From: Abditibacteriaceae bacterium
Lineage (GTDB): Bacteria; Armatimonadota; Abditibacteriia; Abditibacteriales; Abditibacteriaceae
NCBI GenBank assembly: GCA_031372065.1
Contig: JANMKN010000089.1
Location: 1-33,581 of the forward strand
Reading direction: 5' to 3'
DNA: 33,581 nucleotides
Positions 20,231 to 28,664 of this stretch are shown piece by piece. Below the pieces are notes generated by a model that saw only the letters and a list, made by a program, of their open reading frames with translations, had not been told where the DNA came from and ran no database searches. The translations under genes were made by a program, and so were the position numbers. Positions within the stretch are counted from its first letter, which is position 1. Each line of letters begins with the position of its first letter.

Positions 20231-20269
20231 CAAAAACGCCCTGCGAAACCATTTCGCAGGGCGTTTTTG
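20231..20269. terminator. Bidirectional intrinsic terminator
   Basis: CAAAAACGCCCTGCGAAA-CCA-TTTCGCAGGGCGTTTTTG. Confidence 0.8.
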
Positions 20270-20401
20270 CATTTTCCACAGGGCAATGCCGACATTTTAG
20301 AGTGAGTCTTATATTTTGAGTTCAAAAACCAAATTTAGAAGGGTGGGAGGCTTTAACCTGACACACTGCGCTTCGGCCAGAATTGTTGCAGGTGGGGCCA
20401 A

Positions 20402-20959
20402 TCAATGGTCGTAATCGAGGTTATTCATATCAACACTGAGTAAGACATGGCCCGACTTGGACCTAAAGTAGAGTTCATCCGGGTTTTGGCCTACCCATAA
20501 GCTGACTTCACTTGACCGAGTGTCTCTATAAAACATTAAAGACCACCCTGTATCACCGACGTCTGGTCGTTCAGGATATGTAAGGTGTGCAAATAAATAG
20601 ATATTAGGGTAGCTGCCCAGTTCATTCACCATAACCGCCACTATTTTTTTGTTGCGGCGTTGATACCGGTAAGTCTGCACAGGATAAAGGGATTTCCGTT
20701 TTGCCCACTGAATAATCTCTTTTTCAGTTTTGAACCATTTTTGTTTTTCATCCCATGCACCGAGTTTGAACGATTTCATATCTTCAATGGTGGGCGAAAG
20801 TTTCTTTGCAAAAAACTTGGTTTTCAAAGTGTCGGGACGCGTTTGAGAATTATGCAGTCGTTCTTCGAGAACAATTCCGCTAACTAATCCCAAGCACATT
20901 CCAAGAGCAAGGCAAACCAAAGACAAGCTTTTTCGATTTAAATTCAATTTTTCGCGCAT
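20402..20959 (-). CDS. AT-rich orphan membrane-anchored hypothetical protein
   Basis: 185-aa ORF, RBS AAGGGAAG, N-terminal hydrophobic helix. Confidence 0.7.
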   Translation of the reverse strand: MREKLNLNRKSLSLVCLALGMCLGLVSGIVLEERLHNSQTRPDTLKTKFFAKKLSPTIEDMKSFKLGAWDEKQKWFKTEKEIIQWAKRKSLYPVQTYRYQRRNKKIVAVMVNELGSYPNIYLFAHLTYPERPDVGDTGWSLMFYRDTRSSEVSLWVGQNPDELYFRSKSGHVLLSVDMNNLDYDH

Positions 20960-21042
20960 AATCTTCCCTTAGGACAAGGTTTTGCCCCCTTCACACAACC
21001 GGGCTTATGGCAGTTTGCTTCTTGTGTGTTTAAATTTCAAAT

Positions 21043-22503
21043 TCACACCGCAATCTTCTGATACGGTTCGCCTTCGTTGAGTGTCGGGCGTTCGGGGCGG
21101 CCTTTGTAGTTGAAAATGAGGCCCATGTTGTCGAGGCCGAGCAGCCACAGAATAGTGGCGTGCAGGTCGTGAATGTGCAGGCGGTTTTCGACGGCGTGCA
21201 GGCCCAGTTCGTCGGTTGAGCCGATGGTTTGGCCACCTTTAACGCCGCCACCGGCCATCCACATGGTGAAGCCGGTCGGGTTATGGTCGCGGCCATCGCC
21301 TTTTTCGCTCATCGGCGTGCGGCCAAATTCGCCGCCCCACACAACTAAGGTGTCGTCCAGCATCCCACGCGCTTTTAAATCTTTCAGCAGGCCAGCGACA
21401 GGCAAATCCATGCTTTTGCAGAGCGAGGAGTGATTTTTTTCGATGTCGGCGTGCGAATCCCATTTGCTGCCCGCGCCGTGATAAATTTGCACAAAGCGCA
21501 CGCCGCGTTCGACGAAACGCCTTGACAGCAAACACAAACGGCCCATCGCTTCGGTGTCTTTGTTGTCAAGGCCATAAAGCTTTTTGGTGGCTTCGCTTTC
21601 GTTTTCGATTTCCACGGCGTGCGGCGCTTCGGCTTGCATCCGAAACGCGAGTTCATAGCTTGTCAAGCGCGCCGCAAGTTCGCTTTGGTCGGCAAAACGC
21701 GCTGCGTAATCCTTGTTTAAGCCGTTGATAAATTCCAATTTCGATTGCTGCTGTGACGCCGTGAGCGCATCGGGCGTATTCAAATTAGGAATCGGTTCGC
21801 TGCCGCCTTGAATGCGAATGCCCTGATAAACCGCTGGCATAAATCCGGCGCTCCAGTTGCGCGGGCCGTTGACGACGCTGGTTTGCGTGTCCTGCATCAC
21901 CACAAAGGCCGGTAAGTCGGTATTTTCTGTTCCGAGGCCGTAAGTCGCCCACGAACCCAGCGATGGGCGCCCGCCTAAAATTGAGCCGGTGTTCATCTGA
22001 CACACGCCAGACGAATGGTTGATGCCATCGGCCCAGCATGAGCGAATGACAGCGATGTCGTCCACCATTTTCGCGGTTTCCGGCAGCCAATCCGACACCC
22101 AAAGTCCGCTTTGCCCGTGTTGTTTCCACGCGCGTTTGGAAGCCAGAAGGGGCGATTTCGATTCGCCCATCGCGGTTAAAACTTCGCCGAAACTGGCGGG
22201 CAGGGGCTTGCCCGCTAATTCGTTGAGCAGCGGCTTGGGGTCGAATAAATCAATGTGCGACGGCCCGCCTTCCATGAAGAGGAAGATGACATTTTTCGCC
22301 CGCGCTTTGAGCATCGGCGCTTTGGCTTTGAGCGGCGAATCAATGGATTTGTGAGCGTTAGCTTGGGCAACGGCGTTTTTCGTCAGCAAACTTTGCAATG
22401 CGACGGCGCCAAGGCCAACACCCGAACGAAACAAAAAATCGCGCCGCGATAACGGCGAAGCCGAAAATGCGGTTTCATAACGATGGCAACGTGGGTCTTT
22501 CAT
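21043..22503 (-). CDS. DUF1501 domain protein with Tat signal
   Basis: SRRDFL; IFLFMEGGPSHIDLFDPKP; RRFVERGVRFVQ; WDSH; GEFGRTP; GRDHNP. Confidence 0.93.
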   Translation of the reverse strand: MKDPRCHRYETAFSASPLSRRDFLFRSGVGLGAVALQSLLTKNAVAQANAHKSIDSPLKAKAPMLKARAKNVIFLFMEGGPSHIDLFDPKPLLNELAGKPLPASFGEVLTAMGESKSPLLASKRAWKQHGQSGLWVSDWLPETAKMVDDIAVIRSCWADGINHSSGVCQMNTGSILGGRPSLGSWATYGLGTENTDLPAFVVMQDTQTSVVNGPRNWSAGFMPAVYQGIRIQGGSEPIPNLNTPDALTASQQQSKLEFINGLNKDYAARFADQSELAARLTSYELAFRMQAEAPHAVEIENESEATKKLYGLDNKDTEAMGRLCLLSRRFVERGVRFVQIYHGAGSKWDSHADIEKNHSSLCKSMDLPVAGLLKDLKARGMLDDTLVVWGGEFGRTPMSEKGDGRDHNPTGFTMWMAGGGVKGGQTIGSTDELGLHAVENRLHIHDLHATILWLLGLDNMGLIFNYKGRPERPTLNEGEPYQKIAV

Positions 22504-22517
22504 TTTTTAACTTTCAA

Positions 22518-22613
22518 ATAGAACGCAAATCACGCAAATGAACGTGAATTTTCGGAAATTTCTTTTTAAAAATTTCCGTAAATTTCCGAATATTTGCGTG
22601 ATTTGCGTTCTAT
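22518..22613. repeat. Intergenic palindrome built from ACGCAAAT units
   Basis: 22-bp perfect arms 22518-22539 / 22592-22613 plus inner TTCGGAAATTT/AAATTTCCGAA. Confidence 0.88.
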
Positions 22614-22616
22614 CTC

Positions 22617-25600
22617 TTACTCCACATACAAAAATTCGCTGGCGTTCAACAGCGCGTGGCAGAAATCGGTCAGGGCGGCGCGGCGTGGGTTGGCTTCAGC
22701 GGACACTTGCGGCGTGGCGGCTTGAAGGTCGTAATGGTGGCCGCTGGTGTCAGCTAAGACATCGGGTTTTTGCTCGAAGCGCCAATAACCCAGCGTCGAA
22801 GCCGCCACGCCTTCGCTTTGATATAGCAATTGCGCCACATCTAACGCGCCTTTGGATAAACGCACATCATCCAGCGCGCCGTGAAACGAATTGGGCGCGC
22901 CACTGCGTCCGCCGAGCGTGATGGGAAAGTCATTTTTCAAGCCACCCACCAAATCGTGCGCGACGGTTGACATGAGCAGCGGCTCGTCATCGTTCGACAA
23001 ATCTTTCAAGGTGAACAGCGTTTTTCCGGGCTGTTCTTTTGTGGCGTAAGTCACGCTGGCCGACATGAAATACGGCTTGTTCATCGTCACATTAAGGTCG
23101 GAAAACATAACGACTTCGCCGCTTGTGCCGTCGCGTTTTTTGCCGGACGTTTGCAGCACCAAAACCATCGGCTTGCGGCGCGAACCCTGGCCGGTGATGC
23201 CAAAAGTCCAGCCGGGCATGGTCAAATCGCCGTTCCACTTCGCGGCGATATTGCGCACCGCGCCGGTTTCCGCGACAGTGCGCGGCACAACGTAGGCTTC
23301 AATCGTGAAACCGTCGGCCAGCGAAATGTCTTTGCTGTTTTTGGCGCGAAAAACCTGCTGTTTGCCCGCTGGTTCGATGAGCGCGCCCTGACCATCACGA
23401 TACGGCACTTTTTCGGGCAGAAAACTGGCCTGATCGGAACCCGCAACTTTGCTGTCCACGGTGCCCGCCTGCTGCGTTAAAAACGCGCTGGCTGCTTTTG
23501 CTTCGTTGTCCGAAGGCGCGCGGCCAAAAACAAGGCGATAAGCCGTTTCGATTTGCTTTGTTTCGTCGTTTGGCGCGAGTTTTTCCAGTCTGCCGGCCAA
23601 AGCGCGGCCCCTTTGCAGCATAAACGGGCTGTTGACCAGCAAAAGCGACTGCACCGGCGTGGTTGTCGTGGGCCGCGATGAGGCGCTGGCAAACCACAGC
23701 GGCGCGTCGAAAACATCGGTGAAAGGGTCACGCGAATTGCGCATGATGCGCGTGTAAATGCTGCGCCGCGCTTCTCCGTAATTCACGCCCGTGCCGCCTA
23801 TTTTTTCGTTTAGTTCGCCCGTCACGGCAAAGACGGCGTCGCGGATTTGTTCGGCTTCCAAACGATGCGGGCGCGCACGCCACAGCAGCAAATTTTCGGG
23901 GTCTTTGAGTCGCCCTTTTTCCGCATCGGGATGCTGCGATGATTGGCGATAAGTCGCCGAAGTGACAATCAGGCGATGCAGTTTTTTCAGGCTCCAGCCG
24001 CCTTCCACAAAATGTTTTGCCAGATAATCGAGCAGTTCGGGATGTGTCGGCTGTTGTCCCAGTTTGCCGAAGTCGCTGGCGTTGGCGGCCAAGCCGCGTC
24101 CGAAGTGCTGCTGCCACACGCGATTGACAATCACGCGCACTGTCAGCGGATTATCGGGCCGCGTCAGCCAAAAGGCCAACGCGCTGCGTCGTCCGGTGCT
24201 ACCGGGCAAGCCGTCAATTTTCGCGGGCGCTTCGTCTAAAACAGATAAAATGCCCGGCTCAATCGCTTCTTTGGCTTTTTTCGGAATGAAAGTCGGCGGC
24301 GCTTGCGGGCCGATGTCGGAAACGGCAAAGGCGACGGGCAAAGACGCCGGTTTCTCGCTATCGAAAGCCGCTAATTGCTTGCGCAGCGCGATGAGTTTTT
24401 CTTTGTCCTCGCTTTTGATGCGGTTATCGAGGCGGCCATATTCGTATTCGACTTGCCGCCACACTAAAGCCGAAATTTGGCCTTCAAACGGCGTGCGCTT
24501 GTCTTTTGGCGTGTTGACCATCGCCTGAATTTCATCGGGAAAACGGCCTACCGCTTCTTTCTGCGCTTTTTCGCGATAGTCTTTTTCGATGGCATCAATT
24601 TGGGCGCGAATATCGGCGGTTTTGCCTTCCCAAACGGCCAAGTTGCGCGCGTATTCTGCCTTTTCGGTTTGCGTGGCGGCGATTAAATCCTGACGCGGCA
24701 AAAGCGGCGCGAAAAAGGCTTGCAAACGGTAATAATCTTTTTGCAAAATCGGGTCGAATTTATGGTCGTGACAGCGCGCACATTGCACGCCCATGCCCAG
24801 AAAAACATCGCCGGTTGTATCGGTTAAATCGTTGAGAATCACGTCCCATTGGCCGCGTGCGTCACGGCTGTTGTATTCGTAAATCCAATGGCGCAAATAG
24901 CCGGTTGCCAGTAGTGCGTCGGGGTCGCCGGGAAACATTTCATCGCCAGCCAATTGCTCTTGCACAAAGCGGTCATACGGCTTATCGGCGTTGAAGGCGC
25001 GAATCACATAATCGCGATAGCGCCACGCATCGGGGCGATAATCATCAATGCGATAACCGTCGCTGTCGGCGTAGCGCACTAAATCCAGCCAGCCACGCGC
25101 CATGCGTTCGCCATAGCGCGGACTTGCCAACAAGCGATCAACTAATTTTTCGTAAGCATCCAGCGCGCTGTCGGCAACGAAATTATTTACTTCGTCGGGC
25201 GTGGGTGGCAGGCCGGTTAAATCGAAAGTGACGCGGCGGATGAGCGCGGTTTTCGCGGCTTCGGGCGCGCTTTGCAAGCCTTCTTTTTCAAGACGCGCCA
25301 AGATGAATTTATCAATGGCGTTTTTGCCGTCCGCAACTGGCGGCGGCGCTGTGTTTTTGACTGGTTGAAAGGCCCACCACGCTTTGTCTTCTTCGCTGAT
25401 TTTGCCGCGCCCTCGTTTGGTTATGCCTTCGACGCCGCCTTTTTCCGCGCCGGGCCACGTCGCGCCGCCTTTGATCCAATCGGTCAGCGCGGCAATTTCG
25501 GTATCGCTGAGTTTGCCTTTGGGCGGCATTTGCAGGTTCTCATCGGCGTAATTTACGGCTTTAATCAGCAAACTTTTTTCCGGTTCGCCGGGCACGACTG

Positions 25601-25901
25601 CCGGGCCGGAATCGCCGCCGTGCAGCATCGCCTCGCGCGAATCAAGAACTAACCCGCCTTTACTTTTATTGGCGGCGTGAGAGTGACAGGAAAAGCATTT
25701 TTCGGCCAAAACCGGACGAGCTTTATCAAATAATGGATCAGCAGAAACGGAAACGTTAAACACAAAGAACACAAAGGCAGCACAAAGAAACACCAAGAAG
25801 TTCAAAGGAAATTTTGGAAATGACATCCTGAAATCTTCATCTTCTTTTTTGTGTTTCTTTGTGCTGCCTTTGTGTTCTTTGTGTTTATAATTCGTGTTCA
25901 T
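22617..25901 (-). CDS. PSD1/planctomycete cytochrome c protein (PSCyt1 + DUF1549 + DUF1553) with inserted LamG-like domain
   Basis: CFSCH and CARCHDHKFDPI; WWAFQP; YGERMARGWLDLVRYADS; VIVNRVWQQHFGRG; HALLNASEFLY; ATG 25901 overlaps the upstream TGA (TGATG); alternative start 25826. Confidence 0.92.
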   Translation of the reverse strand: MNTNYKHKEHKGSTKKHKKEDEDFRMSFPKFPLNFLVFLCAAFVFFVFNVSVSADPLFDKARPVLAEKCFSCHSHAANKSKGGLVLDSREAMLHGGDSGPAVVPGEPEKSLLIKAVNYADENLQMPPKGKLSDTEIAALTDWIKGGATWPGAEKGGVEGITKRGRGKISEEDKAWWAFQPVKNTAPPPVADGKNAIDKFILARLEKEGLQSAPEAAKTALIRRVTFDLTGLPPTPDEVNNFVADSALDAYEKLVDRLLASPRYGERMARGWLDLVRYADSDGYRIDDYRPDAWRYRDYVIRAFNADKPYDRFVQEQLAGDEMFPGDPDALLATGYLRHWIYEYNSRDARGQWDVILNDLTDTTGDVFLGMGVQCARCHDHKFDPILQKDYYRLQAFFAPLLPRQDLIAATQTEKAEYARNLAVWEGKTADIRAQIDAIEKDYREKAQKEAVGRFPDEIQAMVNTPKDKRTPFEGQISALVWRQVEYEYGRLDNRIKSEDKEKLIALRKQLAAFDSEKPASLPVAFAVSDIGPQAPPTFIPKKAKEAIEPGILSVLDEAPAKIDGLPGSTGRRSALAFWLTRPDNPLTVRVIVNRVWQQHFGRGLAANASDFGKLGQQPTHPELLDYLAKHFVEGGWSLKKLHRLIVTSATYRQSSQHPDAEKGRLKDPENLLLWRARPHRLEAEQIRDAVFAVTGELNEKIGGTGVNYGEARRSIYTRIMRNSRDPFTDVFDAPLWFASASSRPTTTTPVQSLLLVNSPFMLQRGRALAGRLEKLAPNDETKQIETAYRLVFGRAPSDNEAKAASAFLTQQAGTVDSKVAGSDQASFLPEKVPYRDGQGALIEPAGKQQVFRAKNSKDISLADGFTIEAYVVPRTVAETGAVRNIAAKWNGDLTMPGWTFGITGQGSRRKPMVLVLQTSGKKRDGTSGEVVMFSDLNVTMNKPYFMSASVTYATKEQPGKTLFTLKDLSNDDEPLLMSTVAHDLVGGLKNDFPITLGGRSGAPNSFHGALDDVRLSKGALDVAQLLYQSEGVAASTLGYWRFEQKPDVLADTSGHHYDLQAATPQVSAEANPRRAALTDFCHALLNASEFLYVE
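25757..25887. repeat. CACAAAG-unit palindrome inside the 5' coding region of the PSD1 gene
   Basis: 37-bp perfect arms 25757-25793 / 25851-25887. Confidence 0.92.
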
Positions 25902-26371
25902 CAAAGCGTCACCACCACGTTGCCATTTTCGTCCACTTCGCACGGATAAGTTGCTACGCGGCCATGAGCGTCGTAAAGGCCTTTGCCGGTCACGATGTCG
26001 AATTCCCAGCCGTGCCAGGGGCAGCGCAAAACGCGGCCTTCTAATGCGGGATCAAATTCGCCGACTGCGCCGGGGCGATGTGTGGTTTGAATGTGTCCCA
26101 TGCACAGAGGCGCTCCGGCGTGCGGGCAGACATTTTTGATGGCGTGAAACTTCCCGCCGATGTTGAAAACGCCAAAGGAAATCTCGCCGTTGTCGAAGAT
26201 TTTCTTTTCACCCGGCGCGATTTTGCTGGCCGCGCCGATGTTGATTTTTCTGCCTCGTTTCGCCACCGGTGGCGCAGCGGCATCAGCGACTTTGAAAGCG
26301 TAATCCAAAGGCGATTCGGGGCCGAAACCGTTGTTCAAACCAGCAATGTTTTCGCGTTTTTTTTCACTCAT
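25901..26371 (-). CDS. Rieske (2Fe-2S) ferredoxin-type protein
   Basis: CPHAGAPL...CPWHGWEFD; ATGA overlap with the amidohydrolase gene. Confidence 0.92.
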   Translation of the reverse strand: MSEKKRENIAGLNNGFGPESPLDYAFKVADAAAPPVAKRGRKINIGAASKIAPGEKKIFDNGEISFGVFNIGGKFHAIKNVCPHAGAPLCMGHIQTTHRPGAVGEFDPALEGRVLRCPWHGWEFDIVTGKGLYDAHGRVATYPCEVDENGNVVVTL

Positions 26372-27480
26372 TTGGTTGCCTCGACAAGAGCGGATGCGAC
26401 AGGCTGCGTCCCTACAAATTCTTCCAAACTCGGCAAGTCATACAATTCCGCCGCGTTGCTGTAAAAAATGCGTTCTTTCAAGGCTTTCTCCATGCGCGGC
26501 GGAAAAACGCGGCGCGGGTCGTCGAAATCCCAGTGCGGATAATCGCTGGCAAAGCAAACGGTGCGATGCGCTTCGATCATGTCGAAGATTTGCAGCAAAT
26601 GCTCCGGTTTGCGCGGCTCTTCCATCGGCTGCGTGGTGACGCGAACGTGTTCGAGAATGTATTCGCTGGGCAAGTGCTTGAGCCACGGCGTTGTCGAACG
26701 CAGTGCCTTGAAATTCTTGTCCATGCGCCACATTAAATGTGGCAACCAGCCGAAACCAGCTTCGACGAAAACCGCTTTGAGCGTCGGAAACTTCTCGAAG
26801 ACGCCTTCGCATACCAGCGAAGCCAACTGCGCCATATAAGTAAGCGGAATGGTCGAATGCCACTCGAAATAACTGGATGGCGCGCCGATGGGCGTGCTGG
26901 GTGTGCGGGCGCCTTCGTTGCCGGGATGCAGGGCGAAGGCAATGCCCATTTCGGTGCAGGCTTCGTAAATCGGAAAATAGTGCCGATGCCCGTAAAGCAT
27001 GGTGCTTTCGCCCGTCACGATAACCTGCACCATTTGCGGATGCTGCGCCGCGCGGCGAATTTCCTTAGCCGCTTGCACCGGGTCATTCATGTTGACGCAA
27101 ATGGAGCCAAGAAAACGCGCATCGTAGTTCAGCCAATGCTCGATTTGCCACTCGTTCCATGCGCGCGCCACAGCGCAGCCGACATCAATGTTCGCGGCGA
27201 GGCTGATATTTAGGCCCGGCGGCTGCAAAACGCCATAAACGATGCCATAGCGTTCCAAAAGGTTGTCAATCACGTCTTGCGGGCCATCAATTGTGGCGTC
27301 GCGGCGCTGCACTCCAAACGGATTAGCATAGCCTTGTCCCGGCTGCGAAGCCTGTCCTTGCGCGACGGCCTGCCGAAAGTCTTCGGCGATGTGCGGCATC
27401 AGCGGCATTTCACTTGTTGCGTGCGGATGAATGTCGCAATCAATGAGCGGAAGATCGAGATGTTTGCTATTTTCGGACAT
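26368..27480 (-). CDS. Amidohydrolase_2 family metal-dependent hydrolase
   Basis: IDCDIH, WNEW, LHP, EGVFEKFPTLK, EAGFGW, FASDYPHWDFD. Confidence 0.92.
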   Translation of the reverse strand: MSENSKHLDLPLIDCDIHPHATSEMPLMPHIAEDFRQAVAQGQASQPGQGYANPFGVQRRDATIDGPQDVIDNLLERYGIVYGVLQPPGLNISLAANIDVGCAVARAWNEWQIEHWLNYDARFLGSICVNMNDPVQAAKEIRRAAQHPQMVQVIVTGESTMLYGHRHYFPIYEACTEMGIAFALHPGNEGARTPSTPIGAPSSYFEWHSTIPLTYMAQLASLVCEGVFEKFPTLKAVFVEAGFGWLPHLMWRMDKNFKALRSTTPWLKHLPSEYILEHVRVTTQPMEEPRKPEHLLQIFDMIEAHRTVCFASDYPHWDFDDPRRVFPPRMEKALKERIFYSNAAELYDLPSLEEFVGTQPVASALVEATK

Positions 27481-27549
27481 ATACTAATTATTTCATATTT
27501 GGGCGACTGGGAATTTGCGTTTTTGTGCGATTGGTATAGGATTTATTTC

Positions 27550-28329
27550 ATGGCCCACGATTTCTGGGAATACGAACTGTGTTTGCGTTCTTATACATTT
27601 TATGAGCGTCGCCCACAATTTGTAAACACGCGCAGCACGTTTGGCGAATGGGTGCTGATAGCCGTTGAAAGTGGCGCCTTCGATTATGACACGGGCAGCG
27701 AACGCGGTCAGGCGACGCCCGGCGATTTAGTTTTCGCTTCGCCGCACGTCCCGCTGTGGCGCAGCGCGACGGCCTCGCCGTTTTCCTATCATGTTTTGCA
27801 ATGGTCGTTTGAAAACGCGCCAGAAGCAGCAGCATGGCTACCCGGCAAGTGGCCGGTGCATAATACGACGCGCTTATTTGAAGATTATGCCTTGCTGCGC
27901 CCGCTTTATGGACGCAGCGATGAATATGCGCGGCGGCGCGTGGAAAACCTGCTCGAAGACATTTTGCTGCTGGCGTGGGAAACGCGCCACGCGCCGCCCG
28001 AAGTTAATGATCCGACGATGCGCAAAGCCGCCACGCTTTTGCGCGAACGCGCCGGAGAAGCCTTTTCGATGGCCGAAGTTTCGGACGCTATCGGTTTAAA
28101 GCCGGTGCAATTCACGCGGCGCTTTCGCAAAGCGCACGGCACGACGCCGATTGAATATCTCACCAAAGTGCGTTTGGAAAACGCGCAGCGCTTGCTCATC
28201 GAAACTGACGCCTCGTTAGATGAAATCGCCACACGCTGCGGCTGGTCAAGCGGCTATTATTTATCGGATGTTTTCAAAAAAGTCTTCGCCCTCGCGCCGG
28301 GCCAATTTCGCCGCTTGCATCGGGTGTGA
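27550..28329 (+). CDS. AraC-family transcriptional regulator
   Basis: FTRRFRKAHGTTPIEYL..RLENAQRLL..IATRCGW..YLSDVFKK..PGQFR; start trimmed to MAHDF; divergent from the operon. Confidence 0.93.
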   Translation: MAHDFWEYELCLRSYTFYERRPQFVNTRSTFGEWVLIAVESGAFDYDTGSERGQATPGDLVFASPHVPLWRSATASPFSYHVLQWSFENAPEAAAWLPGKWPVHNTTRLFEDYALLRPLYGRSDEYARRRVENLLEDILLLAWETRHAPPEVNDPTMRKAATLLRERAGEAFSMAEVSDAIGLKPVQFTRRFRKAHGTTPIEYLTKVRLENAQRLLIETDASLDEIATRCGWSSGYYLSDVFKKVFALAPGQFRRLHRV

Positions 28330-28351
28330 TTTTTCTTGGCAAATGCAAAAC

Positions 28352-28583
28352 AGGGCGCAAAAAAGTCCGTTTCGCGCGCGAAAAATTCCAAAACAGAGCA
28401 CTAAATAAACTTTTTCGCGCCCTAAAATTCCAAAACAGAGCACTAAATGAACTTTTTCGCGCCCTAAAATTCCAAAACAGAGCACTAAATGAACTTTTTT
28501 GCGCCCTAAAATTCCGAAACAGAGCACCAAATGAAACTTTTAGGGCGCAAAAAAAACAAAATAGAGCGCAAAAAAGTATTTTT
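28352..28583. repeat. Tandem array, 11 x 21 bp, with a central near-perfect 42-bp dimer
   Basis: Alternating agagcactaaatgaacttttt / cgcgccctaaaattccaaaac; degenerate flanking units; one 22-bp unit. Confidence 0.93.
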
Positions 28584-28664
28584 CGATAGCGAACTTTTGC
28601 TTTTTTTTGTGGTCAAAAACGATAACGGCAGCAATGTCGGAATATATTTTGAGGGAGAACTCAC

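Noticed and set aside
20007..20279. 90-aa ORF as a real gene
   Set aside because: It is a chimera of terminator sequence and the duplicated DUF1501 fragment.
27277..27549. N-terminal extension of the AraC ORF
   Set aside because: It overlaps the divergent amidohydrolase gene; ATG 27550 gives a normal AraC length.
28352..28583. CRISPR array
   Set aside because: Units are contiguous with no unique spacers, and there are no cas genes in the window.
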